Source of the DNA: an uncultured Ignavibacteriales bacterium
GTDB taxonomy: Bacteria > Zixibacteria > MSB-5A5 > GN15 > JAAZOE01
DNA: 20,000 nt
NCBI GenBank assembly: GCA_964611355.1
Contig: CAZSYD010000008.1
Span: 53,939 to 73,938, forward strand
Reading direction: 5' to 3'
Made by a program: the position numbers and the translations under genes. Positions 7,593 through 16,840 of the stretch are shown piece by piece. The stretch's first letter is position 1, and every line of letters starts with the position of its first letter. The notes beneath the pieces are model-generated. The model saw only the letters and a program-made list of their open reading frames with translations, had not been told where the DNA came from and did not search any database.

Positions 7593-8450
7593 ATGCCTGA
7601 TAAGCTTCCCAGACGGCCGCCGTGGCTCAAAGTAAGAGCTTTCGGTGGCGACGAATTTCATCGGATTACAAAGCGGTTAAGAGGATTATCGCTGCGCACG
7701 GTTTGCGAAGAGGCCAAATGTCCCAACCGGGGCGAATGCTTCAATTCGGGCACCGCTACGTTTCTCCTTATGGGACCGACCTGCACTCGCAACTGCCGTT
7801 TCTGTAACATCGGCGGCGGCCGGCCGCAACCGCTTGATCCCGATGAGCCGGGAAACGTCGCCCGCATGGCCGCCGAGTTGAATCTTACCCACGTTGTAGT
7901 TACTTCCGTTACGCGGGATGATTTGCCTGACGAAGGCGCGGGATGCTTCCGGGATACGATCCTTGAGATACGCAGGAGGTGCCCCGAATCCACGATTGAG
8001 ATATTGACGCCCGACTTCAATGGAAGGAAAGAGCTTTTGGATATCGCCCTTGGGGCTCCACCAGACGTTTTCAATCATAACGTCGAAACGATTCCACGCC
8101 TTTATCCTTCGGTCAGGCCCCGGGCTGATTTCCGGCGGTCACTGGATGTTCTTGGTTATGCCGCCGGTAAATATCCGGATATTCGTATCAAGTCAGGTCT
8201 GATGGTTGGCCTGGGCGAGACAATCACTGAACTGGTCGATGTTTTTCGTGGGTTGGTCGGAGCCAAAGTGGAAATACTGACGATTGGGCAGTATCTGCCG
8301 CCGACCAGAAATCATTATCCTGTCGCCCGATTTTATACCCCTGATGAATTCATAGAGCTAAAAGAGACAGCCGAAAAGGCCGGTATTCCGGTAGTTGTCT
8401 CCGGGCCGATGGTTCGTTCCTCTTACCGGGCAGGCTCATTGATCAACTGA
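7593..8450 (+). CDS. lipA: Lipoyl synthase (radical SAM)
   Basis: CEEAKCPNRGEC (CX4CX5C), CTRNCRFC (CX3CX2C), NHNVET, KSGLMVGLGE, TIGQYL, C-terminal RSSY. Confidence 0.97.
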   Translation: MPDKLPRRPPWLKVRAFGGDEFHRITKRLRGLSLRTVCEEAKCPNRGECFNSGTATFLLMGPTCTRNCRFCNIGGGRPQPLDPDEPGNVARMAAELNLTHVVVTSVTRDDLPDEGAGCFRDTILEIRRRCPESTIEILTPDFNGRKELLDIALGAPPDVFNHNVETIPRLYPSVRPRADFRRSLDVLGYAAGKYPDIRIKSGLMVGLGETITELVDVFRGLVGAKVEILTIGQYLPPTRNHYPVARFYTPDEFIELKETAEKAGIPVVVSGPMVRSSYRAGSLIN

Positions 8451-8543
8451 ACAGATCATCTTTCCAACAATATTTGCTCGACAACCCGGCTCCCTGTAAG
8501 TAATCCCAAAATTGTTCCGATGGGTAATAGGGGTAACTGTTTT

Positions 8544-10031
8544 ATGACCGGCACTGAGCACAAATATCGACTCATCATTGTCGATGATGAGCCATATATC
8601 TGCAATATCGTCACCGAGGCCCTTTCGGCTGTGGACGAGTACGAGGTTATCGCTTTTTCCGATCCTCAAAAGGCTATTGACTATATCGGCAAAAACCGGC
8701 TCGATCTGGTTTTGACAGATCTGGTTATGGGCGACTATTCGGGGGTGACTATTTTTGAACAGGCGTTTCGTTATCACCCGGATTGTATTGTTATATTGAT
8801 GACCGCCTATCCGACAGTAGATAATGCCATCTCGGTACTCAGAAAAGGGGCCTATGACTATCTGGTCAAACCGTTTAAGCTGGAAACCCTCAGGAATGCC
8901 GTCAAGCGGGGGCTCGAACATCTGGAACTGGCCCGTGAAAACCTGCATTTGAAGGAACAACTGGCGCTGTACAAGCTGTCGGGGGCCATCAGCGGCTCAA
9001 CTTCCCTCCAGTCGATTTTGAATCTGGTGGCAGATACTGCCAGATCGATCATCGGAGTCGAAGGGGTATCGATTCTGGTTCGAGATCGTGATTGCGATAT
9101 TCCCTCATCGTACCTGGCCAGAGGAGAACCGCCCGACAAGGAGAGCGAAAAATTCCTGAAGGGCGATCACGAGTTATGCCGCTCTGCCATGGAGGAGCTT
9201 AAGGCCAAAGTCAGAAGCGTCGAGATTACCGGGCGCAAGGCGAAAATTCGATCACTGGTGGCGCATCCTTTAATGTCACGAGGAGAGGCGATTGGGCTGT
9301 TAAATGTTATTCAGGAAGATCGTTTTATGCCGATCAAGCCGGGGCAGTCGCACCTTCTCTCGATCATCGCCGGCAAGGCAGCATCGGCGATAGAAAACAG
9401 TCGCCTCTACGAACATCTGCAATCGTCCTATCTTAAGGCGATAAAAGCGTTGGCTAATGCTATTGAAGCACGGGATCGGTACACTCGCGGTCATACCGAG
9501 CGGGTAACTATCCTGGCCGATTCGATTGCCACCCGGCTGGGCTGGTCGGAAATTAAGCGGGCTGAGTTGAAAATGGGATGCACGCTTCACGATATCGGCA
9601 AGATTGGGGTACCGGATGCCGTTCTGAATAAACGGGGACATTTAAGCGAAAAAGAACGAGAACAAATGAATATGCACCCGATCCTGGGCGCCGGCATCCT
9701 GGAGGGAATTGATTACCTCAAGCCGGCTGTCCCGTATATTTTATACCATCACGAAAAATACGATGGGACCGGTTATCCGCATGGACTTAGGGGAGAAGAT
9801 ATTCCTCTCGAGGGCCGTCTTCTAGCTGTGGTTGACACCTATGACGCCGTTGTCTCCGATCGCCCCTACCGAGACGGCGCCCCGCCGGAGAAAGCGATTG
9901 CCGAACTCGAAGAACATAAGGGTATCCAGTTTGACCCGGTGATAGTCGATATTTTCGTCTCGATCTGGAAAGAGGGTTTAATCGATCAACTTGGAATTTA
10001 TAAAGAGACAGAGCCGGCGACGGTTCAGTGA
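8544..10031 (+). CDS. Response regulator with REC, GAF and HD-GYP (cyclic dinucleotide phosphodiesterase) domains
   Basis: REC: IIVDDE, LVLTD, MTAY, YLVKPF; GAF ending 'AASAIENSRLY'; HD-GYP: GHTERV, LHDIGKIG, HHEKYDGTGYP. ATG 8544 preferred; ATG 8520 is an alternative start. Confidence 0.93.
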   Translation: MTGTEHKYRLIIVDDEPYICNIVTEALSAVDEYEVIAFSDPQKAIDYIGKNRLDLVLTDLVMGDYSGVTIFEQAFRYHPDCIVILMTAYPTVDNAISVLRKGAYDYLVKPFKLETLRNAVKRGLEHLELARENLHLKEQLALYKLSGAISGSTSLQSILNLVADTARSIIGVEGVSILVRDRDCDIPSSYLARGEPPDKESEKFLKGDHELCRSAMEELKAKVRSVEITGRKAKIRSLVAHPLMSRGEAIGLLNVIQEDRFMPIKPGQSHLLSIIAGKAASAIENSRLYEHLQSSYLKAIKALANAIEARDRYTRGHTERVTILADSIATRLGWSEIKRAELKMGCTLHDIGKIGVPDAVLNKRGHLSEKEREQMNMHPILGAGILEGIDYLKPAVPYILYHHEKYDGTGYPHGLRGEDIPLEGRLLAVVDTYDAVVSDRPYRDGAPPEKAIAELEEHKGIQFDPVIVDIFVSIWKEGLIDQLGIYKETEPATVQ

Positions 10032-11092
10032 ATCGGCATCGGGGCAAAGGAAATAATAAACAGAATAACGGCGGCCCAGCCGATTTTTTTTGCCCGGTCG
10101 TCAGGAGGGATATTTCGTTCGATGATCGGCGGATGAAATGGTCGAATAAAGAGGGCCAGAATCATCCATATCCACCAGCCGCTCCATAAAAAACCGAGCC
10201 CAAAGAGAAAAAGTAAAAAAACAGTCGCGAGCCAATGTTGCCGCCTTTCAAAAAGGCCGTAGATGATATGCCCGCCGTCGAGTTGCCCCAGAGGCAGCAG
10301 GTTAATCATTGTCACCACCAGGCCGACGTGCCCGGCCAGGGCCACCGGCGAATAATCGAGAACCATACCGGAAGGGATATTACCGAAAAACGCCAGTTGG
10401 AGCAGCCAGGTTATCAGCGAGTTGCCCCATATCAGGATAGGTTCGTCGGGCATAGGGACGACTCGTGAGGCGGCATAACCCCATATAAGGGCAATAAGCG
10501 CCGGCACGGCGCCGGCCAGCGGCCCTGCAGCGCCGATGAGGATAAGATCATTGCGGCTGCGAATCGGCGTGCGGGAACGAATCAAAGCCCCGAATGTGCC
10601 CAGGAAGGTCGGCGCCGGAATGAAATAGGGGTAACTCATGATCACGCCCCGTCGATTTCCCGTCAAAAAATGTCCCATTTCATGTACCAGCAGGATAAAC
10701 AGCAGGGTCAGGCTAAACGGCAGACCGGTTGCGAGTAATTCGGGATGCGAAAAAACAGCGGCTCCCGATTCCCGGTAAGAGGCCGCGATCAGAACGGTCA
10801 GGAAAGTCAGGATAAACAGGAGAGAGTTTACCGGGGGCGGCCATCCGGGCGATTTCGACAGGGGCGTAATGGTTATCCGGTAGCGTTCCCGGTCGCGCTC
10901 GACTTTTGCCCGGGCGCGAATCGAGGCCAGGCGGCGGTTCAATTCCCGCTTCCATCCGCGTTTACGCAGAACGGGGTTTCCCCAGAACACTATCTGCTGC
11001 TTTGACGGACGATAGAGAGTAATGTCATAGTAATCGGCCATCACACGGTAAACCGAGGTCGCAAAAAGATCAACGTCGATGGCATCAGTCAT
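10025..11092 (-). CDS. Site-2 protease family (M50) intramembrane zinc metalloprotease
   Basis: HEMGH, 'AAGPLAG', 'NLLPLGQLDGGH' and multiple TM helices. 3' end overlaps the convergent HD-GYP gene by 7 nt. Confidence 0.93.
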   Translation of the reverse strand: MTDAIDVDLFATSVYRVMADYYDITLYRPSKQQIVFWGNPVLRKRGWKRELNRRLASIRARAKVERDRERYRITITPLSKSPGWPPPVNSLLFILTFLTVLIAASYRESGAAVFSHPELLATGLPFSLTLLFILLVHEMGHFLTGNRRGVIMSYPYFIPAPTFLGTFGALIRSRTPIRSRNDLILIGAAGPLAGAVPALIALIWGYAASRVVPMPDEPILIWGNSLITWLLQLAFFGNIPSGMVLDYSPVALAGHVGLVVTMINLLPLGQLDGGHIIYGLFERRQHWLATVFLLFLFGLGFLWSGWWIWMILALFIRPFHPPIIERNIPPDDRAKKIGWAAVILFIISFAPMPIH

Positions 11093-11206
11093 TTGAACAT
11101 CAATTCATTCCGAGGATCGTAAAATCGCCTTTATATTGCCGCGGTCGCCCAGCCACATGGCGGCGACCTCGCAATGATCACATATCTCTTATGGAATAAT
11201 ACGGGC

Positions 11207-11244
11207 AAAAAAAAGGGAAGCAAGGCAAAAACCCTGCTTCCCTT
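11207..11244 (-). terminator. Intrinsic terminator of the 1651-aa gene
   Basis: AAGGGAAGCA (11213-11222) / TGCTTCCCTT (11235-11244) stem with A8 at 11207-11214 (U8 on the minus strand), 22 nt past the stop. Confidence 0.88.
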
Positions 11245-11266
11245 GAAGATGTATTGTCAAACCAGC

Positions 11267-14200
11267 TTACGGAGTAGGAATCTCAGGTAGTGTCCATTCG
11301 CCAACAGGTGCGGGACCTGTGCCAAACCAGTAGTCGACCAGATAGACAAAGTCAGCGTTGTCTAATGCGCCGCTGTTGTCGACGTCGGCCAGGTGCTCAA
11401 AGAGCGGACCGTCGCCACCCGCATTAAGCAGGTTAAACATGGCAACAAGGTCAGACAGGCTGATTCCACCGTCGCGGTCGATGTCGCCGCGCATGAAGCC
11501 GGCCCACTGGTTGACCAGAATCGCGAACTGCTGGAAGAACTCAACGTCGAGCGCGCTCTTGTCGTTGAAGCCGAAGAAGTAGAAGCCGATGGTGTGGGTT
11601 TCAAACGGAGCGTAGTCGCGCATGTCATACGCAAACCAGGCTTCGCGATCAGAAGAAGCGCTGCCGGCATCGCAAGGCAGGTTCATGTCAATACCGGGCT
11701 GATAGGTCTCGCCGGTATTATGGCTCATCCAGTAGTAGATGGAGTCGAGCATGACGTTATCGGCGTGCCATCCGCCCTGATCGGCGTCAATGGTATGGAC
11801 ATTGTAGAGCCTGTGCTTGGGGTTGGTCTCATCCATCGGGATAGTACCCTGGCCCCAGACCCAGGTGTCATTGGGAGCCGCATTACAGGCCTGACCAAAA
11901 CCAATGGCGTGCGCTTCGTCGTACTTGAAGACGTCGAATGTATTGCTCTCAAGGTCATAGTCGTTGAACGAGCCGATGCCGATGTTGCTGAGGGTCGTGT
12001 TGTTGCGGTTGGTAACGTTCGCCTTGAAGATGACGAAGTTGCCAAGATCCGCGTGCTCGGCGCCGTACATGAACTCGTTAACCTTCAGACCAATCGTCAG
12101 GCCGTTGTCATACGGGCAATCCGTGTTGGTCCAATCCCAGCCTTCGCCATGACAGTCATAGTCAACAATCGAGTCAACGTAACTGTAATGGAAAACAGTG
12201 CCGGGGACATCGACATAACCGCCCTTGGAGTCATCCCAGATTTTACCAAGAGAGGTAAGGGTCTCGGATATCGGAGGGCAGGTGCCGCTGAGGTTGGCAT
12301 CCGCAAGCAGAGTGTTCCAGTAGTCAGCCGGGTCGCCGCCGTGCCAGCTCTCGAGGTTGAAGGCAATACGGTACTTCGAAGCGCCGTAGATCAGACCGCC
12401 CTGCCAATAGGCAGCGCTGTTGCCGTCAAATTCCCAGAGATGGACGTCCTGGTTACCGAACTGACCGGTGTTCATAACCACACCGGAGTTCGCTTGGCCG
12501 TCGCCGAAGTATATGACATCTTCAGCTTCAAGGCAGCCGCCGAGAACACCATACTGAACGGTCGGATCGAGATCGCTGTTGATGTAGTAATTGTCGTTGG
12601 ATGCAACAGTCACATAACAGCGATGCGGACCACGAGTAACGAGGCCGGGGAACACCGAGTAACTGACTGTAAAGGCAGCGCCGGGACCTATATCGAAGGC
12701 CGTCGTCAGCACTTCATCCAGCCAGTCGGGCTCGGCATACGCCGCCGCGTTGCTGTATGTCTCTTTGGAGTAAGCCGTCGTCGAGAATTCGCGGGACGAC
12801 ATATCCGGTTGAGCCTTGACCAACTCCCTGGCCATTGACGGGTAGTCGTAATCAACCATGTCGTTGGCCATCTTCTGAGCCCTGGCAATCCGGTTAGGAG
12901 TGACTGTGCTGTAATAGGCAGGCGGAGCAACCTCGTCGACAGCAATTGTACCGGTCAGGTTGGCGGCGCCGTTGTTCATGAAGGCGTCAGCATAATCAAC
13001 CTGATAGGTTGTCGGTTCAACCGGCTCGAACTCGTCGAACTTCAAGAAGCGGAGACGCGGACGATCGCCCTTCGCCGACTGAACGGTGAAGCAGAAGATA
13101 TCGCCCAGGCGGTTGGACATCACCACGTGATCCGGATCAATCGCCGCACCGGTACCACGCCGGCCGTACGTATCGGAGCCAGCATAGAAGTAGTTGTACT
13201 CGAATTCACTGGTACCGGTTTCGGCGTTCCAGACAACGAACTGGGCGTCCGTGTTGGGCTGATACAGAAGATCAGGCTCAAGCAGGCGGCAGTCGAGCGC
13301 GGGTTCAACCCAGCCCATGCCGTCAAAGAACGCATCGGATTCATAAATGAGACCGCCGCTGAACTTGTCAACAGACGCAAAAGTCATGGGCTCGGAAGTC
13401 CAGCCGCGCAGGGCCACGAAGTAAATCGTGCTGGCGTCGATGACCGGGCCGGTATAACGCGGGAAGCGTCCGGCCACACCCCAGTCAATACTGCCTGTGG
13501 AGCTGATTCTGTAACGAGCACCGGACGGATCACCGGACATCTCGCTTTCGAAGCCGGTCATGACATAGATTGAGCCGTCTATATCAACGCCGATCGGGCC
13601 CTGGAATATCTCGGTGGTAACGTAGGGAATGGTGTCACCGTCGATGTCATGGCCAAGCAGGTCGCCGTCACTCATTGACCAGATGGTTGCACCGTTGGCG
13701 GCATCCAGGGCATATATGGTGCCATAGAAGGTGCCGCCCGAGCCGTCAGTGCCGACATAAAGCACGTCGGAGCCGTTGCTCGAAAGAGTGGCGTAGGTAT
13801 CGCCATCGAGCACAACCGGGTTACCTGCACCTGCCGTCCAGCCTGCGTACTCACTGCCATCGGCGTCATTGAGGGCATAAACCTCGCCGGCAGCGGTGGT
13901 GACGAATATCACAAGGTCGCCGCCGATATCAAGAATAATCGGGGCAGTGTAGTAGGTACCGCCGGCAAAGCCGCCCACAGCGGTAGTCCACTCGATAGCG
14001 CCGGTGTAGATATTGGCCTTGGTGAAGTTCCTTATGGCAGCGCCGCCAAAGTAGACATAATCGCCATAGGCCATCGGCGAGCAGTTAAAACTGCTGCTGC
14101 CGATATACGGCGTGCCGGAGATTGTCCACATCACGTTTGGCACGATATCTAGCGGATTGGTCTGATCACCGTTAACACCGTAAGCCACGAGTTCCGCATC

Positions 14201-16222
14201 AAACGGAGCGACTACGACGGTGTCGTGGATGATCGGACGAGCGTACGGGCCATTAAACAGACCCGGGCCCTGTAAGTGGTCCCGATGCTCCCACCAGAGC
14301 ACTGCCTGCTTTGCCTTAACGTCGCCGGTGTTGTTGTCGGACGCTGAGGTACGACGCTGATCGTGACCCGGGAAGCTCCAATCCTCGCCGGGACCGAAGA
14401 CGTCGCACTCACGCTCCGGCGGCTTGACGCAGCAGGTGTAGGCGTCCATGAAGGCATGGTAGGTGCTCTGGTTGACATAACCGTCGGACCAGAGCTGATA
14501 CACGCCGGCGCCGCATGATCCGTCATCCTTAAGCATGTAGAGATCCGGTGTGGAGCTGTTATAGGGCGCATCCGATTCAACACCAATATAGATTGGCATA
14601 TCAAAACGGATGTTTTGAGCGGAAACGTCGAATTCATTCCAGGCGGGGAAGTAATTTAATCCGCCGGCCGGAACAACGATTTGATGCAGAATAGTTCCCG
14701 GGGTGCCGCCAGGCCCGTCACTGTCGCGGATTATAAACCGCGTATCGTACTCAGTGGGAGCCTCACCGGCATCATAGGTCACGACACGGAATTTCTCTAT
14801 ACGACAATCCATGCCCTGGTTTTGGACGATCTCATAACCTGCAATAAGGGCATAATCATCGGGCGCAGGGTAGTAGGTCGGTATGCCCGTGATATATGCC
14901 GGATCCGGACAATAATTAACTATCATCCGGCAGAGATCGAACTCGTCTTTGCAGAGGTCAACTTCCATATATATGTTATTGTCTGTGGTAAAGAAGTTAC
15001 CCCAGAAATAGCATTCATATACGCCCGGACCGGCGACATAGTCGGTCAAAAACGCCGTCCAGAGACCCCCGCAGCTTCCATCGTCCATAAGATAGGCGAT
15101 GCTATCGCCGGGGGCATTAATTACAGGCTGAAAGCCGACAAAGAAATCCTCGCCCGGAGGCAGAACATAATCTATGCCGGTGAAGTTCTGATCCCAGTCG
15201 CCCGGGTCCAAACTGGCGTTTAAGCGGGTAGTCTCCCAATATATAACGGAAGTATCGGGAAGACCGGTAGTCGCATCAGCGCCGCAGACCCATACTCTCA
15301 GATCAGGGGCGCCAGTCCAGTAGTAGAGGCCAACCATAATCGACTTCAGAGTGTCTGCGCCGCCCGTTGTGTACCTTGTGCTGATGTGGGATCGGTTAAA
15401 GTCGCCATCCGGAATCGTTGAGTAATAAGCAACACCGCAATAGTGGGCTTGGGTATAGCATTCGGAGAACCCGATATCAGTACAGCAGACGTCAACACCA
15501 AAACCGAACGCAGTAGTCGAAGGTGGATAAACGTAATAACCAACTCCATCGGTTATAAGCTGACGTCGTTCTGTGAGATTACTGCCATCATCCATAAGAA
15601 TTGCAAGTCCGGTAGTTACAGGATCAACCGGGTGAGCAGCGATGTGATAATCCTCTCCATCGGAGAATACATAGGGATTACCGGCATTGAGCGTGCTTAC
15701 ATCGGCTGCGGCATAACCCATTGCTGTGGGCAAAGATGCAAATGGAACGGTTACATATCCTAACAAAGACCCGGGCCAGCCGGTTCCGTCGTCATCCCAG
15801 ACTTCTACTACCATATCAGGACTGCCGGTAAATCCGGCTGGGTAAACCCCAATATATGCTGTAAGAAGACTGCAGTCGTATCCCTCAGCGGCAGTATGAC
15901 GCATCCAGGAATTGATCAATGGATCGGGGTCACCACCGATTACGCCGTAGGAAACCCAGGCTCCCAGGGAGTAATCGATGAATTCACAGTAAACGTCCGG
16001 GGGCCAGTGTTTTACGGGGAGAGGCAATGCAATATTCCCCTTCGATTGCGTAATCCTTTCTTCAACCGCAAAGGCATTGTTGTCCTGGCCGTTGGGATTA
16101 CCCTGGCCGATATTCACTGCGTTGGCAGGGTCTGGTCGCGTATCGTCGGAACCTATAACCGCACCACTTATGGCAAACAAGAACCCAAAAGTTAGCACTG
16201 CGATTAACAGTTTCTTAGACAT
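11267..16222 (-). CDS. Large secreted surface protein: three Cys-bounded N-terminal repeats, PQQ/BamB-like beta-propeller, Ig-like region, C-terminal dockerin type I-like domain
   Basis: SD AAGGAGG; signal peptide MSKKLLIAVLTFGFLFAISGAVIG; 'WSFPGHDQRRTS', 'VYALNDADG', 'IYALDAANGATIW' propeller motifs; 'RGDIDRDGGISLSDLV...ADVDNSGALDNADFVYLVDYWFGTGPAP'. Confidence 0.9.
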   Translation of the reverse strand: MSKKLLIAVLTFGFLFAISGAVIGSDDTRPDPANAVNIGQGNPNGQDNNAFAVEERITQSKGNIALPLPVKHWPPDVYCEFIDYSLGAWVSYGVIGGDPDPLINSWMRHTAAEGYDCSLLTAYIGVYPAGFTGSPDMVVEVWDDDGTGWPGSLLGYVTVPFASLPTAMGYAAADVSTLNAGNPYVFSDGEDYHIAAHPVDPVTTGLAILMDDGSNLTERRQLITDGVGYYVYPPSTTAFGFGVDVCCTDIGFSECYTQAHYCGVAYYSTIPDGDFNRSHISTRYTTGGADTLKSIMVGLYYWTGAPDLRVWVCGADATTGLPDTSVIYWETTRLNASLDPGDWDQNFTGIDYVLPPGEDFFVGFQPVINAPGDSIAYLMDDGSCGGLWTAFLTDYVAGPGVYECYFWGNFFTTDNNIYMEVDLCKDEFDLCRMIVNYCPDPAYITGIPTYYPAPDDYALIAGYEIVQNQGMDCRIEKFRVVTYDAGEAPTEYDTRFIIRDSDGPGGTPGTILHQIVVPAGGLNYFPAWNEFDVSAQNIRFDMPIYIGVESDAPYNSSTPDLYMLKDDGSCGAGVYQLWSDGYVNQSTYHAFMDAYTCCVKPPERECDVFGPGEDWSFPGHDQRRTSASDNNTGDVKAKQAVLWWEHRDHLQGPGLFNGPYARPIIHDTVVVAPFDAELVAYGVNGDQTNPLDIVPNVMWTISGTPYIGSSSFNCSPMAYGDYVYFGGAAIRNFTKANIYTGAIEWTTAVGGFAGGTYYTAPIILDIGGDLVIFVTTAAGEVYALNDADGSEYAGWTAGAGNPVVLDGDTYATLSSNGSDVLYVGTDGSGGTFYGTIYALDAANGATIWSMSDGDLLGHDIDGDTIPYVTTEIFQGPIGVDIDGSIYVMTGFESEMSGDPSGARYRISSTGSIDWGVAGRFPRYTGPVIDASTIYFVALRGWTSEPMTFASVDKFSGGLIYESDAFFDGMGWVEPALDCRLLEPDLLYQPNTDAQFVVWNAETGTSEFEYNYFYAGSDTYGRRGTGAAIDPDHVVMSNRLGDIFCFTVQSAKGDRPRLRFLKFDEFEPVEPTTYQVDYADAFMNNGAANLTGTIAVDEVAPPAYYSTVTPNRIARAQKMANDMVDYDYPSMARELVKAQPDMSSREFSTTAYSKETYSNAAAYAEPDWLDEVLTTAFDIGPGAAFTVSYSVFPGLVTRGPHRCYVTVASNDNYYINSDLDPTVQYGVLGGCLEAEDVIYFGDGQANSGVVMNTGQFGNQDVHLWEFDGNSAAYWQGGLIYGASKYRIAFNLESWHGGDPADYWNTLLADANLSGTCPPISETLTSLGKIWDDSKGGYVDVPGTVFHYSYVDSIVDYDCHGEGWDWTNTDCPYDNGLTIGLKVNEFMYGAEHADLGNFVIFKANVTNRNNTTLSNIGIGSFNDYDLESNTFDVFKYDEAHAIGFGQACNAAPNDTWVWGQGTIPMDETNPKHRLYNVHTIDADQGGWHADNVMLDSIYYWMSHNTGETYQPGIDMNLPCDAGSASSDREAWFAYDMRDYAPFETHTIGFYFFGFNDKSALDVEFFQQFAILVNQWAGFMRGDIDRDGGISLSDLVAMFNLLNAGGDGPLFEHLADVDNSGALDNADFVYLVDYWFGTGPAPVGEWTLPEIPTP
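14430..15995 (-). repeat. Three tandem ~170-aa diverged domain repeats
   Basis: Each starts C.....Y(S/C), contains 'D.....+.....G.P...+' and '(L/M)..DDGS(N/C)' (near 15590, 15080, 14525), and ends 'DVCC'/'DLCKD'/'YTCC'. Boundaries approximate. Confidence 0.75.
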
Positions 16223-16339
16223 TTATTTCCTCCTTAGAATTAGGAAAAAGCTGAGAACCTTCATTCCGATAACATCCTTAGAATTTACATCGGCATTTAA
16301 GTCAAATATTTGATTTTCCATTTAACCTTCCTACCGATC

Positions 16340-16825
16340 TCCTATGAACGTTTATCCCGCAAAATCTTGTCTAGGGATGGCGCGGGATTAGTCCAAAATA
16401 AACGGTTCTTAGATTCCTATTACGGAGTAAGGAGTTAAAAAACTTTTCTCTAAGCAGTAAGTTTCTTAGAGAGGTTGACGAATAACTCCAAAAACGTTGT
16501 GTTTTGAATTTTCGCACCTAACTCTTACAAAAGACTCAAAAACAGTTAAAACGTCACCTCCTGTAATAATCTATGATGTGTTCTTAGTTTTCCGATGAAA
16601 ATTCAGTGGGGTATTCACTTGACGGATATACCAGGATAAGTTACCTGAGGGGTATGTATAAAGCGTAAACGCTTTTATGCATTATCAGTGTTTGATTGAC
16701 CCCCGTAAAAAGCATAAGTATCAGTCTTATTCAAACTGAAGCTTTTTACATACATCAAAGGTCAGCAAAGAAGTATAGTCGGTTTCCTCGGGCAAAGTTG
16801 GCTCAAAGCCCTTGGGAACCAGTAA
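16340..16825 (-). ncRNA. Candidate long structured 5' leader / cis-regulatory RNA
   Basis: AT-rich non-coding region with at least five consecutive non-overlapping inverted repeats; no known family recognised. Confidence 0.45.
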
Positions 16826-16840
16826 CACACGCTCGAAAGT

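Noticed and set aside
7593..11092. lipA, HD-GYP regulator and site-2 protease as one functional system
   Set aside because: Ordinary intact families, convergent orientation, and no evidence of linkage beyond adjacency.
11393..12838. 481-aa + strand ORF (and other long antisense ORFs at 13127-13573 and 14681-15223)
   Set aside because: Codon-aligned shadow of the strongly biased 1651-aa gene, which avoids TTA/CTA/TCA codons. No RBS or recognisable motifs.
11267..16222. Diversity-generating retroelement as the source of variation
   Set aside because: No reverse transcriptase and no near-identical TR/VR pair differing at adenines seen in the window.
16554..16562. TCACCTCCT as a 16S rRNA 3'-end fragment
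   Set aside because: No other rRNA sequence around it; better explained as a minus-strand SD.
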